Of a stretch of DNA of 64,000 nt, positions 25,577 to 38,867 are shown in pieces. The notes under the pieces were generated by a model. It did no database searches and had not been told where the DNA came from. It saw only the letters and a list, made by a program, of their open reading frames with translations. A program made the position numbers and the translations under genes. The stretch spans positions 36,273,181 to 36,337,180 of the forward strand of contig NC_083412.1 of the NCBI RefSeq assembly GCF_020745735.1. Reading direction: 5' to 3'. This DNA is from Hemiscyllium ocellatum (taxonomy: Eukaryota). Position 1 is the first letter of the stretch. Every line of letters begins with the position of its first letter.

Positions 25577-27847
25577 TTCCTTATTGTTTTGTACTTGGAG
25601 GTAAAGGTGCCAAATTGTGGAAAAGATTGGGAAACAGCTGTAAATGATTGTGAATTATTTCCCTGTATTGTCAGCTGACTCTGGATACATTGCCTGTAGG
25701 CTGCGCATGTAATCAAGGAAGTAGGTCAATAACTGCTAGCACTATTTTCCATAACCCTTGGTTTTGAATTACTTTTCCCCCCACTTTACCTGTTAGGAGG
25801 GAGTAGACATTGTTATTCTCCCCAACTTCCTGAAAATATGATTGATGTTTTCTTTTTATTGCCTTGTGAACTGGGAGGAGCAACACTCCTCCAATCCCCA
25901 CAAGAAAGATTTGAACCTCTCAGGCTCCCTTTTAATCTACCTTGATGTTGATTGCCTCCAGACACTTACCTTTGCTTAGTGCTCAGATTTCTGATCCCCA
26001 GCTACCACTCTGGCAAAATGGTGTCCTGGTCTCAGGACAACTAATATCTCCCACTTGATTAGGATGGGAAATGACACTGGAGTTCTACTGCAGAACTCCA
26101 CATTCATATCCAAGTTGAAAGAAGAGCTTAGGGTTTCCAGTTATATGCATACCTCTGTTGAAGCCACTTGAGGGCAGCAGTGGCTTACAGAACTTTACAA
26201 GAAGAGTGAAGTATTGAACAATGTGCAATTAAATATTTCAAAAATATGCTGATTGAAATTGTATTTCATTAAAAATATCGAATTGTTGATGCACTGTTCA
26301 TTGTCCTTGTGTGAGCATTTTGATCAGTATAAATGGATGAAAACAGATTGGTTTGTGATTGGATCATGTCTGACTCGTGAAGATTTTGAGGAGGTTGCTG
26401 AGATGTTGGATTGGGAATTGTCTGTAATTTATCCCATGTTGGCTTTCAGAATGTAAATGATAAGCTTTGTGCAACAAAATTGAAAAATCGAAGCATGTGG
26501 AATTAGAGGGAAGCTTGGGATAGGATTAGCAAATGTTCGGGAAATAGTGAAAGATAGCCTAAGAATTAATTTAGTTGCTGGGACCCAGTGTGTGCAAATA
26601 ATAATTCTTGTTCCTGATTGTGGAGGCTCATGGAATACTTGAGAAATTGATGCTTGGTCTCATCGGCATACACAAGATGAGCTGCCAGTGACATTTTTTT
26701 TCTCCTTGCATGACTCTTACCAGATCCAGTTAGTGGATTTTGGGTCAGCTGCTTTTCTAAGTAAGTCTCCTGGGAGAGTGGGAAAGAGTTATGGAATGGG
26801 GACTGATTTCAGGCCAACTCTGGATCTTAGGAGAGCTACGCAGCTGGGATGAATCATCCTGCTAGCTCCAAAGGAAAGTTACTTTAAGTTAGGCAATGTA
26901 TCTGAAAAGCCATGAACAGGACAGACTAACTATCAATATAAATTTCAGTGCAATAGCCTGAAACATAAGTAAGGAGTCTAATGGCATATTGAAGGCTGCC
27001 AGACATCTGGCAAATGCCCTGAATTAATACATTACTCAGAGCACAGTGTACTTGTCCTCCAAATTGGATCGTGTTTGCCCTATTTTACACCAAGTTATGT
27101 GCTAGATTTCTGACAGAGCAGCATAATTTTGCTTTTGGTGAAATTTCTTGCTGTTTAAAGAGCTCTATGCAAGTAATCCAGCTACTGAATTGTTTGTTCA
27201 TGGATGATGGGGGCACCTTCCACCCGTACAATGGCTCATTGGCACCCATGGGATGTGAAAATAGTTATTCAGTTCATCAAGCTGCTGGAGAGTTTTACTT
27301 TCCTAATCAAATAAGCAAATCACTTAATTATCTGGAACTACTGTATCTTCAGAAATCTTTTCTCTTATACTAAATTACAAAAATAGTTGTTCACTTTCTA
27401 ACTAAAGCTTCCATTTCTTGAATGCATCTACATACTGAATGGCTATTTCCTTAATGGATGTTTTGTCATCCCCTTACTCGCTCGGAGTGAATGGGGTTGC
27501 AGACAAATGTATGTCTGCTCCAGATCAAATGATTCCCACCTCAACCAACATCAGGATTTGCCTTTTATGCTTTTGGGAAGCCCTCCCAGGGAAATGAGGT
27601 TCCAGTTCACAGTCATTGGCTGTTTTTTGCTGATGCTGTAGCTAATACTGTTTCATTCTAATTCAAATTTGCAGATGTTCTGTGCACTCTCTGACCCACC
27701 AACGTGGCCCACATCTGAAGAATTGGCTCTAGGTTCACAGCAGGGCTATAGTGGGCTTAGCACTCAGTTGGGTTTATCAGTCAAAATCAACATTTCTGGA
27801 TCTGACTGGAGAGCAGTGCAACTTCTCCTGTTAGGTTATCATAGATC

Positions 27848-27984
27848 CTGTATCCCTGATAAAGGGCTTTTGCCCGAAATGTCAATTTTCCTGCTCCTCG
27901 GATGCTGTCTGACCTGCTGTGCTTTTCCAGCATCACTCTAATCTAGACTCTGGTTTCCAGCATCTGCAGTCCTTGTTTTTACCT
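27848..27984 (+). mobile_element. pLTR-only PLE insertion, HHR core mutated (CTGATAA)
   Basis: Same family as 25480/43340; imperfect TSD ggttatca(t/c)aga. Confidence 0.8.
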
Positions 27985-28479
27985 GGGTTATCACAGAACC
28001 CTGCCCAACCCCTCAATGTGATTTGTAAGTGCCCCTTCAAGTTGCCACAGACATGCACATCCTTTCAGTTTACCAAAAATGATTGAGTCTGCAGTTCACA
28101 GCTGCAAAAGGGTTGTAACCAATGATGTATTTCGAAGGCCAACAAATAGATTATTATTCCTACTCATCTGAACAGGTAACAGGTCAGAACTTGTCAATCC
28201 TTTATGTGCAAAACATGATTAACGTGATACATGTGGTAATTGTGCATGAGCATATTAAATCTCAGTGTGAAGGTTGAATTAACCATATGATCTAGACCTG
28301 TCCCTGCTGCTTAAGTATATACTAATATAGTTATTCATTCAGAGCATCAGTTAGCAACATTCATCAAAAAAATGACTGATGTATGGCTGATGTACAGTGC
28401 CAATCATAGGAACAGTTAACATCATGCAGGTCAGTACAAAATCCCCAGTATCTTTGTTTTTGACTTTGAAACAAGTGTG

Positions 28480-28700
28480 GCAATTTGGCTGATGGCAAGG
28501 GATATCACCTCCAGACACCAGTGCTAGACACCCTTGTGTAACTTACCTCTCTCAAGCAGTACAGGTAGACTAAAGGATTTGAATGAACTTTTGCAGCAGA
28601 AATTCAGATGGGAGGTCCTTGCAATATTGTGATTATATATATTAAGGTGTCACCTATCATTGTGGTCTGCTGCATATTGTACAGCACTGCATTTAAATGA
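28480..28700 (+). mobile_element. Harbinger (HARBI1-like) transposase relic
   Basis: Broken reading ..GKGYHLQT.. QQKFR ..KVSPIIVVCCILYSTA resembles the DKGY...FRCL...CCILHN C-terminus. Confidence 0.5.
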
Positions 28701-29949
28701 TCCTTGCATTTACTGGGGTAAGAGCAAATGTATGGTCATCATCAGATTAGGAAGGAAGCTAAGCAGGAAGGAAGGCCATATCAACATGTTATAGCCAGCG
28801 ATAAGCAGTCCTGCTCAGTTCTCACACACTGCTGTGTAGTCAAGGTTTCACTTCATACCAGACCTTATTTTATTCTTCTCTACTCCCATAAACCTGCAGT
28901 GTAGAACAGTCAAATCATTCAAACAATTTCCAATTCAGTTGCATTCTGACTGTGCAGATTCAGAAGCTGTCTTTAACCACTTTGCTGACCAAAGTCCCAA
29001 AGGCCTTAACGATAATCAATTTGATGGCAACATGATAAATGTCTTCCATTCATTTCTCAAGCAGGTCAGCAGCCTGTCCAGGTGACCGTTGCTGAGTGGT
29101 AACACTCTTGATTGTAAGTTAGGAGGTTGTGGTTCAATCTTCAAAACAGACTTTTTTTTAAAATGTTCACAGCAGGTGGGCATCACTGACATTAGATTTT
29201 TGGGGTTTGAGGTCTTAGGTTCCCACTATGGTTTGTCAACCATTCTTAAGGAATTTTCAGATGGTTTCTTAAGCTTGTTAGGAATCAGTTGTTTTAATGC
29301 AATACGTTAGTTAAGTATATGCAATAAGTATTCCAACTATGTTAATTTAGGATGTTGATGCCAGAAGGTGAACACTGCTGGCACAGTGTGTTGTTCTCAT
29401 TGAAGTTATAAAGGCAGCGTCCTGTTCTCTAGACAAATTTCTTCCCTGGGTTTTCCCTCAACCTCCATCTTCTATTTGAAAAAAAGAGTTCCCAGGTGAG
29501 GACCTTCTAGGATTTACCCATGGCTTCATGAGGGATTCTTTGTTATCAGGCATTTTAGATTTGATCGAGACACCCAACGTCGGGAACGGAGATCCATTGC
29601 AAGTCATCCCATTGACCTAGCCTCCAACCCACCTGATTCCACAGACCTGCAACCTCCATTCCAAGATCCAAAAACTACCTTCAAGAAAATCGTATTAGTC
29701 CCTTCCATTTCCACTAATGTAACATATCTACACTACTGCCCCTGCAAGGACATTCTGATCAGACCATGAGCACTTGTTGATATACAATGTTTCTAGGGGC
29801 TGGGAGTTTACCTGTGTCGATCACCCATTTGAATCCTTCTAGCTGGTGAACATGGGATCTGACCTTCACATGACGGTTACGTTTCATTCATGTTATGAAT
29901 AAAGCTTTTATTTTCCTAAACACTACATTGACAATAGGTTACATTCTTT

Positions 29950-30124
29950 AAGGAGAGAAAAGAGCTGATGTTTCGAGTCTAACTGACCCTTTGTCAAAAC
30001 TGGTCAGTTAGACTCGAAATGTCAGCTCTTTTCTCTCCTTACAGATGCTGCCAGACCTGCTGAGATTTTCCAGCATTTTCTCTTTTGGTTTCAGATTCCA
30101 GCATCCGCAGTAATTTGCTTTTAT
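29950..30124. mobile_element. Fold-back pLTR-only PLE insertion
   Basis: 15-bp TSD taggttacattcttt (29935-29949, 30125-30139); near-perfect inverted arms aaggagagaaaagagctga..tcgagtctaactgacc / ggtcagttagactcgaaa..tcagctcttttctctcctt. Confidence 0.85.
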
Positions 30125-30808
30125 TAGGTTACATTCTTTGTCAGCTTATAGGATGTCGTGGTCTTGGTAGTCTATATTGTCACTTTCCTTCTGTCTTGTT
30201 TATTAGAAGTTGTTAATGTTTGGTGAAAGCAAGTAACTGCTCATGCATAAAATAATATTTCATGCTACATAGGAAATACTGGGGAAATTCAGTTTTAAAG
30301 CAACCCCAATGTCTAAAACTGGCCTGGTTAGAATTTGTTGCCTATCTATAATTGTCCTTGACAAGTTGGTAGCGAGAGTCTGACAACAATGAATCCAGCA
30401 GAGATCCAGAATTGCCAAGGCACCAGGCTAAAGGTGGATGAAGCTGGTTTTTGGATCATGGGATTGAGGTTGCAGGCCTATGAGATCAGGTGGGTGGGAG
30501 GCCAGGACTATGGGGTTCCTCACAATGGATCTCCATTCTTGATGTTTGATTACAAAGAATCCCTCAAGAGGCCATGCACAGATCCTAGAATGTTTTGCTA
30601 AACAGATGTCCAAGGGCATGGGAAAACCATGCATCATCCATTTAATCTTTGAGCTACCTCGAACACATGGTGAATTTGGGGATGATTTGTGGGTTATTAA
30701 TGAACCTAATGGACTACCCATTGGTGCAACCAGGAATATTGTATTAGTCCCTTCCATTTCCAGTTTAATCAGGGGAGTTTTTTTTGCTGCAAAGAGACTG
30801 ATGACAAT

Positions 30809-30843
30809 CACCTGAGGAAGGAGCGGCGCTCCGAAAGCTAGTG
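30809..30843 (+). ncRNA. Minimal type I hammerhead ribozyme motif (intact core) in short repeat 30806-30933
   Basis: cac-CTGAGGA-a-GGAGC-ggc-GCTCC-GAA-AGCT-A|gtg: 3-bp stem I, 5-bp stem II, palindromic stem III; activity untested. Confidence 0.7.
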
Positions 30844-31127
30844 TTCTTCCAATTAAACCTGTTGGACTATAACCTGGTGCTGTGTGATTTTTAACTTTGT
30901 ATATCCCAGTCCAACACTGGCATTGCCAAATCAAGTTAATTGAAGGCAGTGAAGACAAGCACCAAATTATAGCCACGATGCAGAGACAAGAGTCCTCACT
31001 AGGAAGCTATCCTTGCATCATCAGCCTTACTCTGAAGATTTTTTTCTCTTGCTTTTTGTATCCAATATGTTCAGATCCCTTTGGCTCTCTTCTCATCACA
31101 AATTTGATTGCATTTGATTGGGCTGAT

Positions 31128-32575
31128 TGTTACGACACGGGGTAAACCCTCCTGCTTAATTTAAACCAGCAACACAGAAAAGATTTATCTTGTGCAGTAA
31201 TCTGTGAAAATTCGAGAGACTAAGAACTATTTAAAGTAAAAATTAACAACTTTATTTCTTAAACTATAACAGTGAATAATTAACTAACAACTATTTTGCA
31301 GTTCCTTCCTCTAACCTATCTTTTACCTTCTCCTTCTACAATACTCGTCCAATAAAAACCCCTGATTAAAATTTACCAAACATTCAAGTTTTCGAAACCA
31401 ACCAGCTGTTAAATCTTTGGGTCTTCCTATGCCTTCTTTTCTTATTGGGGATTATGCTTCACAGGTCATGGATTGATAAAGGTACCTTTAAGAGAGCTAT
31501 TTTTCAGGCAGTCTCTACGTGCTGGTGGCATGGCAATTCTCCACCCAACTGTTCATGATTTTCCTGTGTTATATCCCCAAAGCATTGGATTGTGTCATTG
31601 GCTTTTAAGATTGTCAAAATACTAAATTCAATGTTGTGGTTCTGTTCGTTGAGCTGGGAATTTGTGTTGCAAACGTTTCGTCCCCTTTCTAGGTGACATC
31701 CTCAGTGCTTGGGAGCATCCTGTGAAGCGCTTCTGTGATGTTTCCTCCGGCGTTTATAGTGGTTTATCTCTGCCGCTTCCGGTTGTCAATTCCAGCTGTC
31801 CGCTGCAGTGGCCAGTATATTGGGTCCAGGTCGATGAGTTTGTTGATTGAATCTGTGGATGAATGCCATGCCTCTAGGAATTCCCTGGCTGTTCTCTGTT
31901 TGGCTTGTCCTATAATAGAAGTGTTGTCTCAGTCGAACTCATGTTGCTTGTCATCTGAGTGTGTGGCTACTAAGGATAACTGGTCGTGTCGTTTTGTGGC
32001 TAGTTGGTGTTCATGGATACAGATCGTTAGCTGTCTTCCTGTTTGTCCTATGTAGTGTTTTGTGCAGTCCTTGCATGGGATTTTGTACATTACGTTGGTT
32101 TTGCTCATGCTGGGTATCGGGTCCTTTGTCCTGGTGAGATATTGTCTGAGAGTGGCTGTTGGTTTGTGTGCTGTTATGAGTCCTAGTGGTCGTTGTAGTC
32201 TGGCTGTCTGTTCAGAAATAAATGCTGGAGGAAACATCACAGAAGCACTTCACAGGAGGCTCCCAAGCACTGAGGATGTCACCTAGACAGGGGATGAAAC
32301 GTCTGCAACGCAAACTTCCAGCTTGATGAACAGAACCACAACAATGAGCACCTGAGCTACAAATCTTCACACAAACTTTGAACTAAATTCAATCTTGATG
32401 GGAATTTGGTATTTTTCAGGGTATAATTTAAACTGATTGGCCTAATTCAATCTATTTTTGTCTCCAAGCAACCAGTTACCCCAGCTACCCCAGTAGCTGG
32501 ACTACATGTTACATTGTATGTTATTCAGAACACTTGGTGCTGTCAAAAGTATAGTTCACCCAAATCTTCATAACA
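31128..32575. mobile_element. Solo LTR interrupted by a Penelope insertion
   Basis: tgttacga...tcataaca termini; 5-bp TSD ctgat (31123-31127, 32576-32580). Confidence 0.8.
31633..32381 (-). mobile_element. Poseidon-type PLE 3' fragment (GIY-YIG) with inverted pLTRs
   Basis: 12-bp TSD actaaattcaat; NVMYKIPCKDCTKHYIGQTGRQL..HEH; ~125-bp inverted repeats 31633-31757 / 32218-32342, each carrying an HHR motif. Confidence 0.9.
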
Positions 32576-32763
32576 CTGATAAATAGGAGATGTATATGCT
32601 TATGATTTTGCCAGGAACTTTAGTGGGATTTCATCTTGGCCAAATGGAGCACTGTTCAGTCTAGTCTGGGTATATTTTATTGGTTGCTTCCTGAGCAGAA
32701 ATATCACTTAAGATTTTCTAGAACATTTTAAGAAATATGTAATGATAATATTTCTTGCCTTAG

Positions 32764-32929
32764 GTGGCATCCTATGACTTTAATCTACCCGTCATGATCA
32801 ATGGCAGTGTGACACCATCTCCTCCTCCAAGTTCTATACCACCTGATCCTTATGATGAAATATCTATAGGTTCTTCTGAAGTACAATTGCTGAATTCTGC
32901 TACTCCATCTCGCAGAGTGCAAGCTACCG
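32764..32929 (+). CDS. cfap47: CFAP47 exon 9
   Basis: ccttag| ... g|gtaagt; VASYDFNLPVMINGSVTPSPPPSSIPPDPYDEISIGSSEVQLLNSATPSRRVQAT. Confidence 0.9.
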
Positions 32930-35559
32930 GTAAGTTCAGTGGAAAGAGAAAATGCCAATGCAAGCATTTTTAAAAAATAGCTTCCAAGTGTGAATGTCTC
33001 TAGATGCCTATACCTTAACATGAAATTTGAAACTTATGCTGTTTTGCTTCAAAAACATAAAGAAATTTCAGTGTCCTTCAAAGGCTATCTTGGGAACTAA
33101 CCTGGATTACCTTAAGAAGGGGTTTGTTATGTTAAAGTGAGTCCATGGATTTACATACAAGCATACAAAAAGACGGGTGAGAAAAATCCATCTGTCCTAT
33201 CCAGTCCAGTGTGAAAACTAATTATTAAGAAATCAAATCCTTTGCAGTAGTTTTCCTAGAAACTGAAACTAAATTCAAGGATCTGTAACTACCAGAATCA
33301 AATTTGTTTCCTTGTTCCCAGAGCAAAAGATTACATCTGTTTTCCTCAAATTCATGGGAAATAACACTGTGGTTTGAATAATAAACTGGCAGCTTATGTA
33401 CTGTTTCTCTCATGCTTTCCCTTAGATATAGAAACTGCCAGTAAGTGTATTAACAGGCATCTCAAACTTGCTTTTCCCTGCATTTGGCTGTTCCAAATCA
33501 AATTCTTTAAAGTTTGGATTGTTAAAAATGTGCATTATATCAAGAGACCTAATCTCTGAATTGGCTGTATCATAAGTATTCTTGCTCCTACTATTGCACT
33601 GGAAGCTATAAAGTATGCTCAGAATCCCTTCAAACAGCTCTATAACCCAACTCCCTTGAACCACTTTAGTTACCTCTGATAATCACTAAACCTTTCTGTT
33701 CTTGCAGTAAAATCCATACTTACTCCTTCACATGGAAACTTGCCCCACCAACTCTTTTATAATCCCATCAATTTTGGATTCCCTTGTATCCTTGCAAGCA
33801 CACTTCAGATTCATTTTTTTTTCAAATTATTACATCAGAGTTCTTGATGGAATCGCATATCTGTTAATACACTATTTTCTTCATTCATTCCTTACTGTTA
33901 ATATATAAAATTTGATTTTTTTGACTGTGTGTTTTATGTCTTTTATAAAGTATACTTTATTGATCCTTGACATTGAAACGCCATAAAATTCCCTCCCATC
34001 AGCTGCCTTGTATTCCCTTGACCTAATTTACCATATCCTGTTCTGCCAATAATGAGACATCCTGCACAGATAACCTTGCTATGGGTTTATTTGTTTTCCA
34101 TCCTCTGTTGTCCTTCCGAAGGTGGAGATTGGCCTTCTTCCTTGATCCCTGAGGAGAATACAATTATTTCTATAATGCTATTAGATCAGGCGTTCTCGAA
34201 ACTTATCCCTGCAATGATGAAGGAACAGAGATCTACATCCAAGTCAGGATAGTGTGTGACTTTGAAAGGAACTTACAGGTGAAAGTATTCTCACACACCT
34301 GCTAGTGTCAAGCATTTGAATATTGTTGTAGGTGTGTCTATCCAGGCGAGTATCGAGTATTCCATGACAATGCTGTGTTATGCCATTTGCACCATCAGGA
34401 ATTGCATTTGTTGCTGCAAAATACTCAGCCTCTGATCCGTTTTAGGTAGCCAAGGTACTTAAGTAACTTGTCCACTTGAATTTTGTTTGTCAGTACTGAC
34501 CTCTAGAATGTTAATTGTGGACATCTTAGTAGTTAATGTCATTAAATGTAAAATGGAGTTGGTAGGATTTATTGTTTGAAATTGTCTTTGCTAGGTACTT
34601 CTGTAAACATATGCACATGTGAAAAGGAGCAGGAGTAGGCCATCTATTCCCTAGTCTGTTGCATCATTCTATGGTATTTTGATTGATATGATTGTGGCCT
34701 CAGCTCTATATTCTCACCTACACCCAATAACCATTAACTCCTTTGTCAAGATTGAGTCTACCTCTATCTTAAAAATGTTTATATGATTCCACCTGTACCG
34801 TTATCTGGAGAGTTCCAAAGATTAATGATCCGTGAGAAAGATATACCGTCTTTACAATACAGAAGAGTTTTTCCCAGACTGGTTTAAAGAAAGATTTTTG
34901 ACAAAACATTTTTGAACCACCCTTGATTTCTTCTTAGGAACGCAATCCTGATCTCCAAATCTTTCTGTGTGTGTATGAAGCATTGAATATCCCTTTACAC
35001 CAATGTAGAATCCCTCTGTAGTTTAAATGTGCTTCTCTGCTATGTAACAAACTCTATAATGACAGTAATTCAATGTAAAAACAAGTATTTCGAGTCATAG
35101 AGATAAACAGCACAGAAAGAGGCCCTTTGGTCCAACTCTTTCATGTTGAGCAGATATCCTAAATCAATCTAGTCCCATTTGCCAGCATTTCTTCAAAGTA
35201 TTGTAACACTGTATCACTCATTGAAAAAAGTAAACTGAACTTAAAGTAAATAGTGTCCATTTCCTTCTACTAATATTCTCCATTTTGATCAACTACAATT
35301 TAAAAAGATGTTTTGAATATTTGTACAATTTTAAAATTTATCCCAATTATCTACATCTTAGCTGGTGACTGTTCAGCATTAACTGAGCATCAAATGTGGA
35401 ATTTTTCTGATCCATACATTTAATATTGTAACAGCCAAGCTTGGAGAAAATACATTGCCTCTCCCTTGTCCTACTACTCCACTGTTCACAAGATATATTT
35501 AGATGTTTTACCCAGTTATCGATATGGCTAATTACAGTATATACTTTTCTCTATTAGTT

Positions 35560-37370
35560 GTTACAAAAGATTCTCCAGTTCATCATGGTTTCAGCTGGAA
35601 TACCCCAAGCTGTTAAACTCTTGGGTATGGAGGGATGAACTGGCTCCCCTTCTTTATTCATCCATCTTCTTGGCTGATTTCGACATAGATTGTTTAAAAA
35701 GGTTCCCTTCCTTTGTCAATGCCTTTTTCCCAGACCAAAATGAGCACCCATATTATTTTAGAGTTCCAAGTCATCATGTAACATTGTTGAGAGTAAAACC
35801 GACATCAACCAGGTTTCTTTATTAACAACAAGATTATCGATTTATTATTACATATATTAATCTAATATGTTATCTATTGATTATAAATGACTTATTTGGC
35901 AAGGATGTAAAGCTGATTGACACAGTTTAAAATATGAATACATAAATATTGATTCTTCCTTCTAAATTATCCAACTCACCAATTAAAAGAAAAATAAAGA
36001 AACTTCCTCAGCAGAGAATATGCTTGAACCCGAGATGTTGAGATGCTGAGAAAATATCTTCTCAGGGAGAATAGCTGTTTCAGTTGTTCAGCTTTTACAT
36101 GGGATGCTTGAGAATCTCTGGATGGCCATAGGCACATAACTTCCAGTAAGTTCAAACAATTAGCTAAATGTCTGACCTTACTTGAAGGAAAAGGAGTTAT
36201 TTTTCCTTTTAAAAATAATTCCCTGTACCTTGCAGCTATCTTGTTCAGCTCCTCCACGCTCTCAGTTGTGGTTGTACTTGGCCTCGCAGTCTGTCATATT
36301 CCTGGTCATGGTACCTTTGGTACCCTGCTAAGTCCCTATGGGTTTACCTTGCGACTCTTAGCAAGCTGTAAAGGATGTGCCCAGCCTTGTATCAATGGAA
36401 ACGCTTCGTTTATTGGACATCAAGTCCAATCTCAGCACTTTCCTTTGTGGCATGAGGAGGAGATCTTGCAGTATTCCCTGCTGTGCCTTCTCATCCCTGG
36501 ATACTTGTCTTCTTTTCACCCTCCCACCTTGTATCCCTCTTTGGTTGGTAAGCGTGACAGAGAAAGGGTTTGTGTACAAACTAATAATCATCAGTCATCT
36601 CCATTGACTGTTGATTTTTTCTGATTTTATCTTGTGTTCCCATTAATGGAGGGAGTGAAGTTTTAAATGCTTCCATGAGAAATATTTCCCCAAGGATCTT
36701 GTGTGTAGTTTCTACTTTTAATGTCCACATCCAGTGATCAAAGTATTTTTTTAACCCTCTCAAATGTTAAGTAAGTCTACTCAGACTACTTCTGAATGGT
36801 CTGAAATTTCTGCCTGTAAGTCTCCTGAACTAATCCAGAATAGCCTTTTTTTTCATCTCATAATCTGTTGAAGCTTCTGCAGAAAGCATGGCATAAACGT
36901 CATGAACTTTGTCATTCAATGGCTTTGTGAAAGTAGTGTCCAGCTTTATTTTGGTCACCTCAGCTGCTTAGCTATCATTTCAAAAGGAATAGTAACTGCA
37001 TCTCCATTTATCCAACATTCCAACTTCTTAAATGCTATTTTTCCTTTTATTCTCTGTAGTGCTTTCTGTCTCCACAGGTTCAAATGTTCTGTCCTTTTTT
37101 AAATTCCTCTTCTTTTTCCAGCAGCTTCACCTACATCTCAATTCTAACTGATTCAACCGACTTACTATTTGGTTTTCCTTTTTGCCTTTTTCAATTTCAG
37201 ATGCCCTACTATTACCTCAATTATACCAGCTTTCTCGTGCTCTTCTTTGAATTGCAACTTCAACTTTGGTGCCAGTGATGCTAGTTTAACTTTGGTTAAT
37301 TTTTGTAAATCCCTCAAGGAACTTTCTTCCTTTCCAGAAAGGCTGGAGTATCTTAAAGAATGGTTTAATA
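35560..37370 (-). mobile_element. Decayed Gmr1-like Gypsy gag-pro region (SCAN-related capsid, Zn knuckle)
   Basis: DLQKLTKVKLASLA..; FEMIAKQLR*PK*SWTLL..VYAMLSAEASTDYEMKKKAIL..ETYRQKFQ; KRFH*YKAGHI knuckle remnant; FLKGKITPFPSS. Confidence 0.7.
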
Positions 37371-37456
37371 AGCTTCACAAGTTCCCAAGAAATCTTGCAT
37401 TATAATAAATCCACTTTGAATTGCACATTACTGAGTTTGGTTATGCTGTATAAACG

Positions 37457-37660
37457 AGGTAAAAACAATGACTGCAGATGCAGACTCTGGATCAATGGTG
37501 CTGGAAGAGCACAGCAGTTCAGGCAGCATCCAAAGTGCAGTGAAATCGACGTTTCGGGCAAAAGCCCTTCATCAGGAGGGCTTTTGCCTGAAACGTCGAT
37601 TTCGCTGCATTTTGGATGCTGCCTGAACTGCTGTGCTCTTCCAGCACCACTAATCCAGAG
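37457..37660. mobile_element. Fold-back pLTR-only PLE insertion with intact minus-strand HHR core (37548-37575)
   Basis: TSD tatgctgtat(a/g)aac; ~90-bp inverted arms; minus strand CTGATGA-a-GGGC-tttt-GCCC-GAAA-CGTC. Confidence 0.88.
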
Positions 37661-38766
37661 TATGCTGTATGAACCCCAACTTTATGTAGCAACTGAGGTT
37701 GCATGTCTTTGTCTTTGTCTTTCTCTTTCTCTTTCTTATCCCACTGCTGCATTGGTCACAACATATTCTTAAATGTTTTGCCGGGATATCAACTTTGCGA
37801 ATTATTTTGTTTATTTACATCAGGTTCAGAGTGAAAAGATCCATCAATCAAATTTCTTTAATTCAAAGCAAAATTATTAATTTATTGTTTCAACTCGATA
37901 TAATCAATGAATATGCAAAGCTAATTAACACACTTTTGAAATAGGAAAGTACAAATATTTACACTTCTAAACAACCCAACATGCACATGTATGCACACAC
38001 GCATATACACACACCAGTTAAAGGTAGAGGAATTAAACTTTCTCGCAGATTAACTTTGAAAAAAATCTTTGGCCAAACAATTATTCATTTTCAGGAATAA
38101 AAACATAAAAATGAAATGTCCATATAATTTTCAGTCTGGAATTCTTGCACATGTAGACAGATGTCACGAGACACAGGTGTTTACCTTAGATTATGCATTT
38201 GTCCTTGGAATCCCTTTCCCCACAATACTTTCAGGAGATATCAGGAGGAAGGCTTCTTGATTCTCCTCAGGGTGAATGGCTGTTTCAGTTTGCAACTCCC
38301 TCAGAGAACATTGCATATCTCAGAAAGGTGGCAAAGGCTGAGCTGTGGGCATTTTGTCATTATAAACTCCTCAGCTGAACTTCAAATAATTTTGAAATAA
38401 CACTATTAACTCAGCTGTTTGCTAATATCATGTGATTTCCAACAAGTTTATTTTTAACATGTGTGCGAAGAGGGAGCCTTTAAAAAAATAAATCAGGTCC
38501 ATGTACTTCCTCAGTATTTAAAATGAATTAATTTTCACAGTCTATTAAATATGAATAATCAAAAATATTAATAGTGGAAATGTTTTTGCAACAATGTTTA
38601 AGTGATTCATTAAGGATTGTTATTTATTTAGCTATTTTCTACTTTTTCATATGCAGTATTTACTTATTATATATACTTTCTTTTGCATTTGTTAAACTGC
38701 TAAATTGTTTTTTTTCTTGCCTCTAAAATGGATGATCAATTAGCACATTGAACTTTTATCTTTCAG

Positions 38767-38867
38767 TACTTTATCCACCACTTGAACTCTCAGATACCAA
38801 GTTGGAATTCTCACTTCTGCCAGGATACAATGATATGGGTGCTATTGTAGCTGATCCATTTGTAAAA
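38767..38867 (+). CDS. cfap47: CFAP47 exon 10 (donor ambiguous: 38867 or 38861)
   Basis: tttcag|; VLYPPLELSDTKLEFSLLPGYNDMGAIVADPFVK; two weak phase-0 donors (aaa|gtacag, ttt|gtaaaa). Confidence 0.82.

Noticed and set aside
30428-30976. 182-aa minus-strand ORF as a nested gene
   Set aside because: Runs through a repeat insertion (30806-30933), has no recognisable domain and no splice support.
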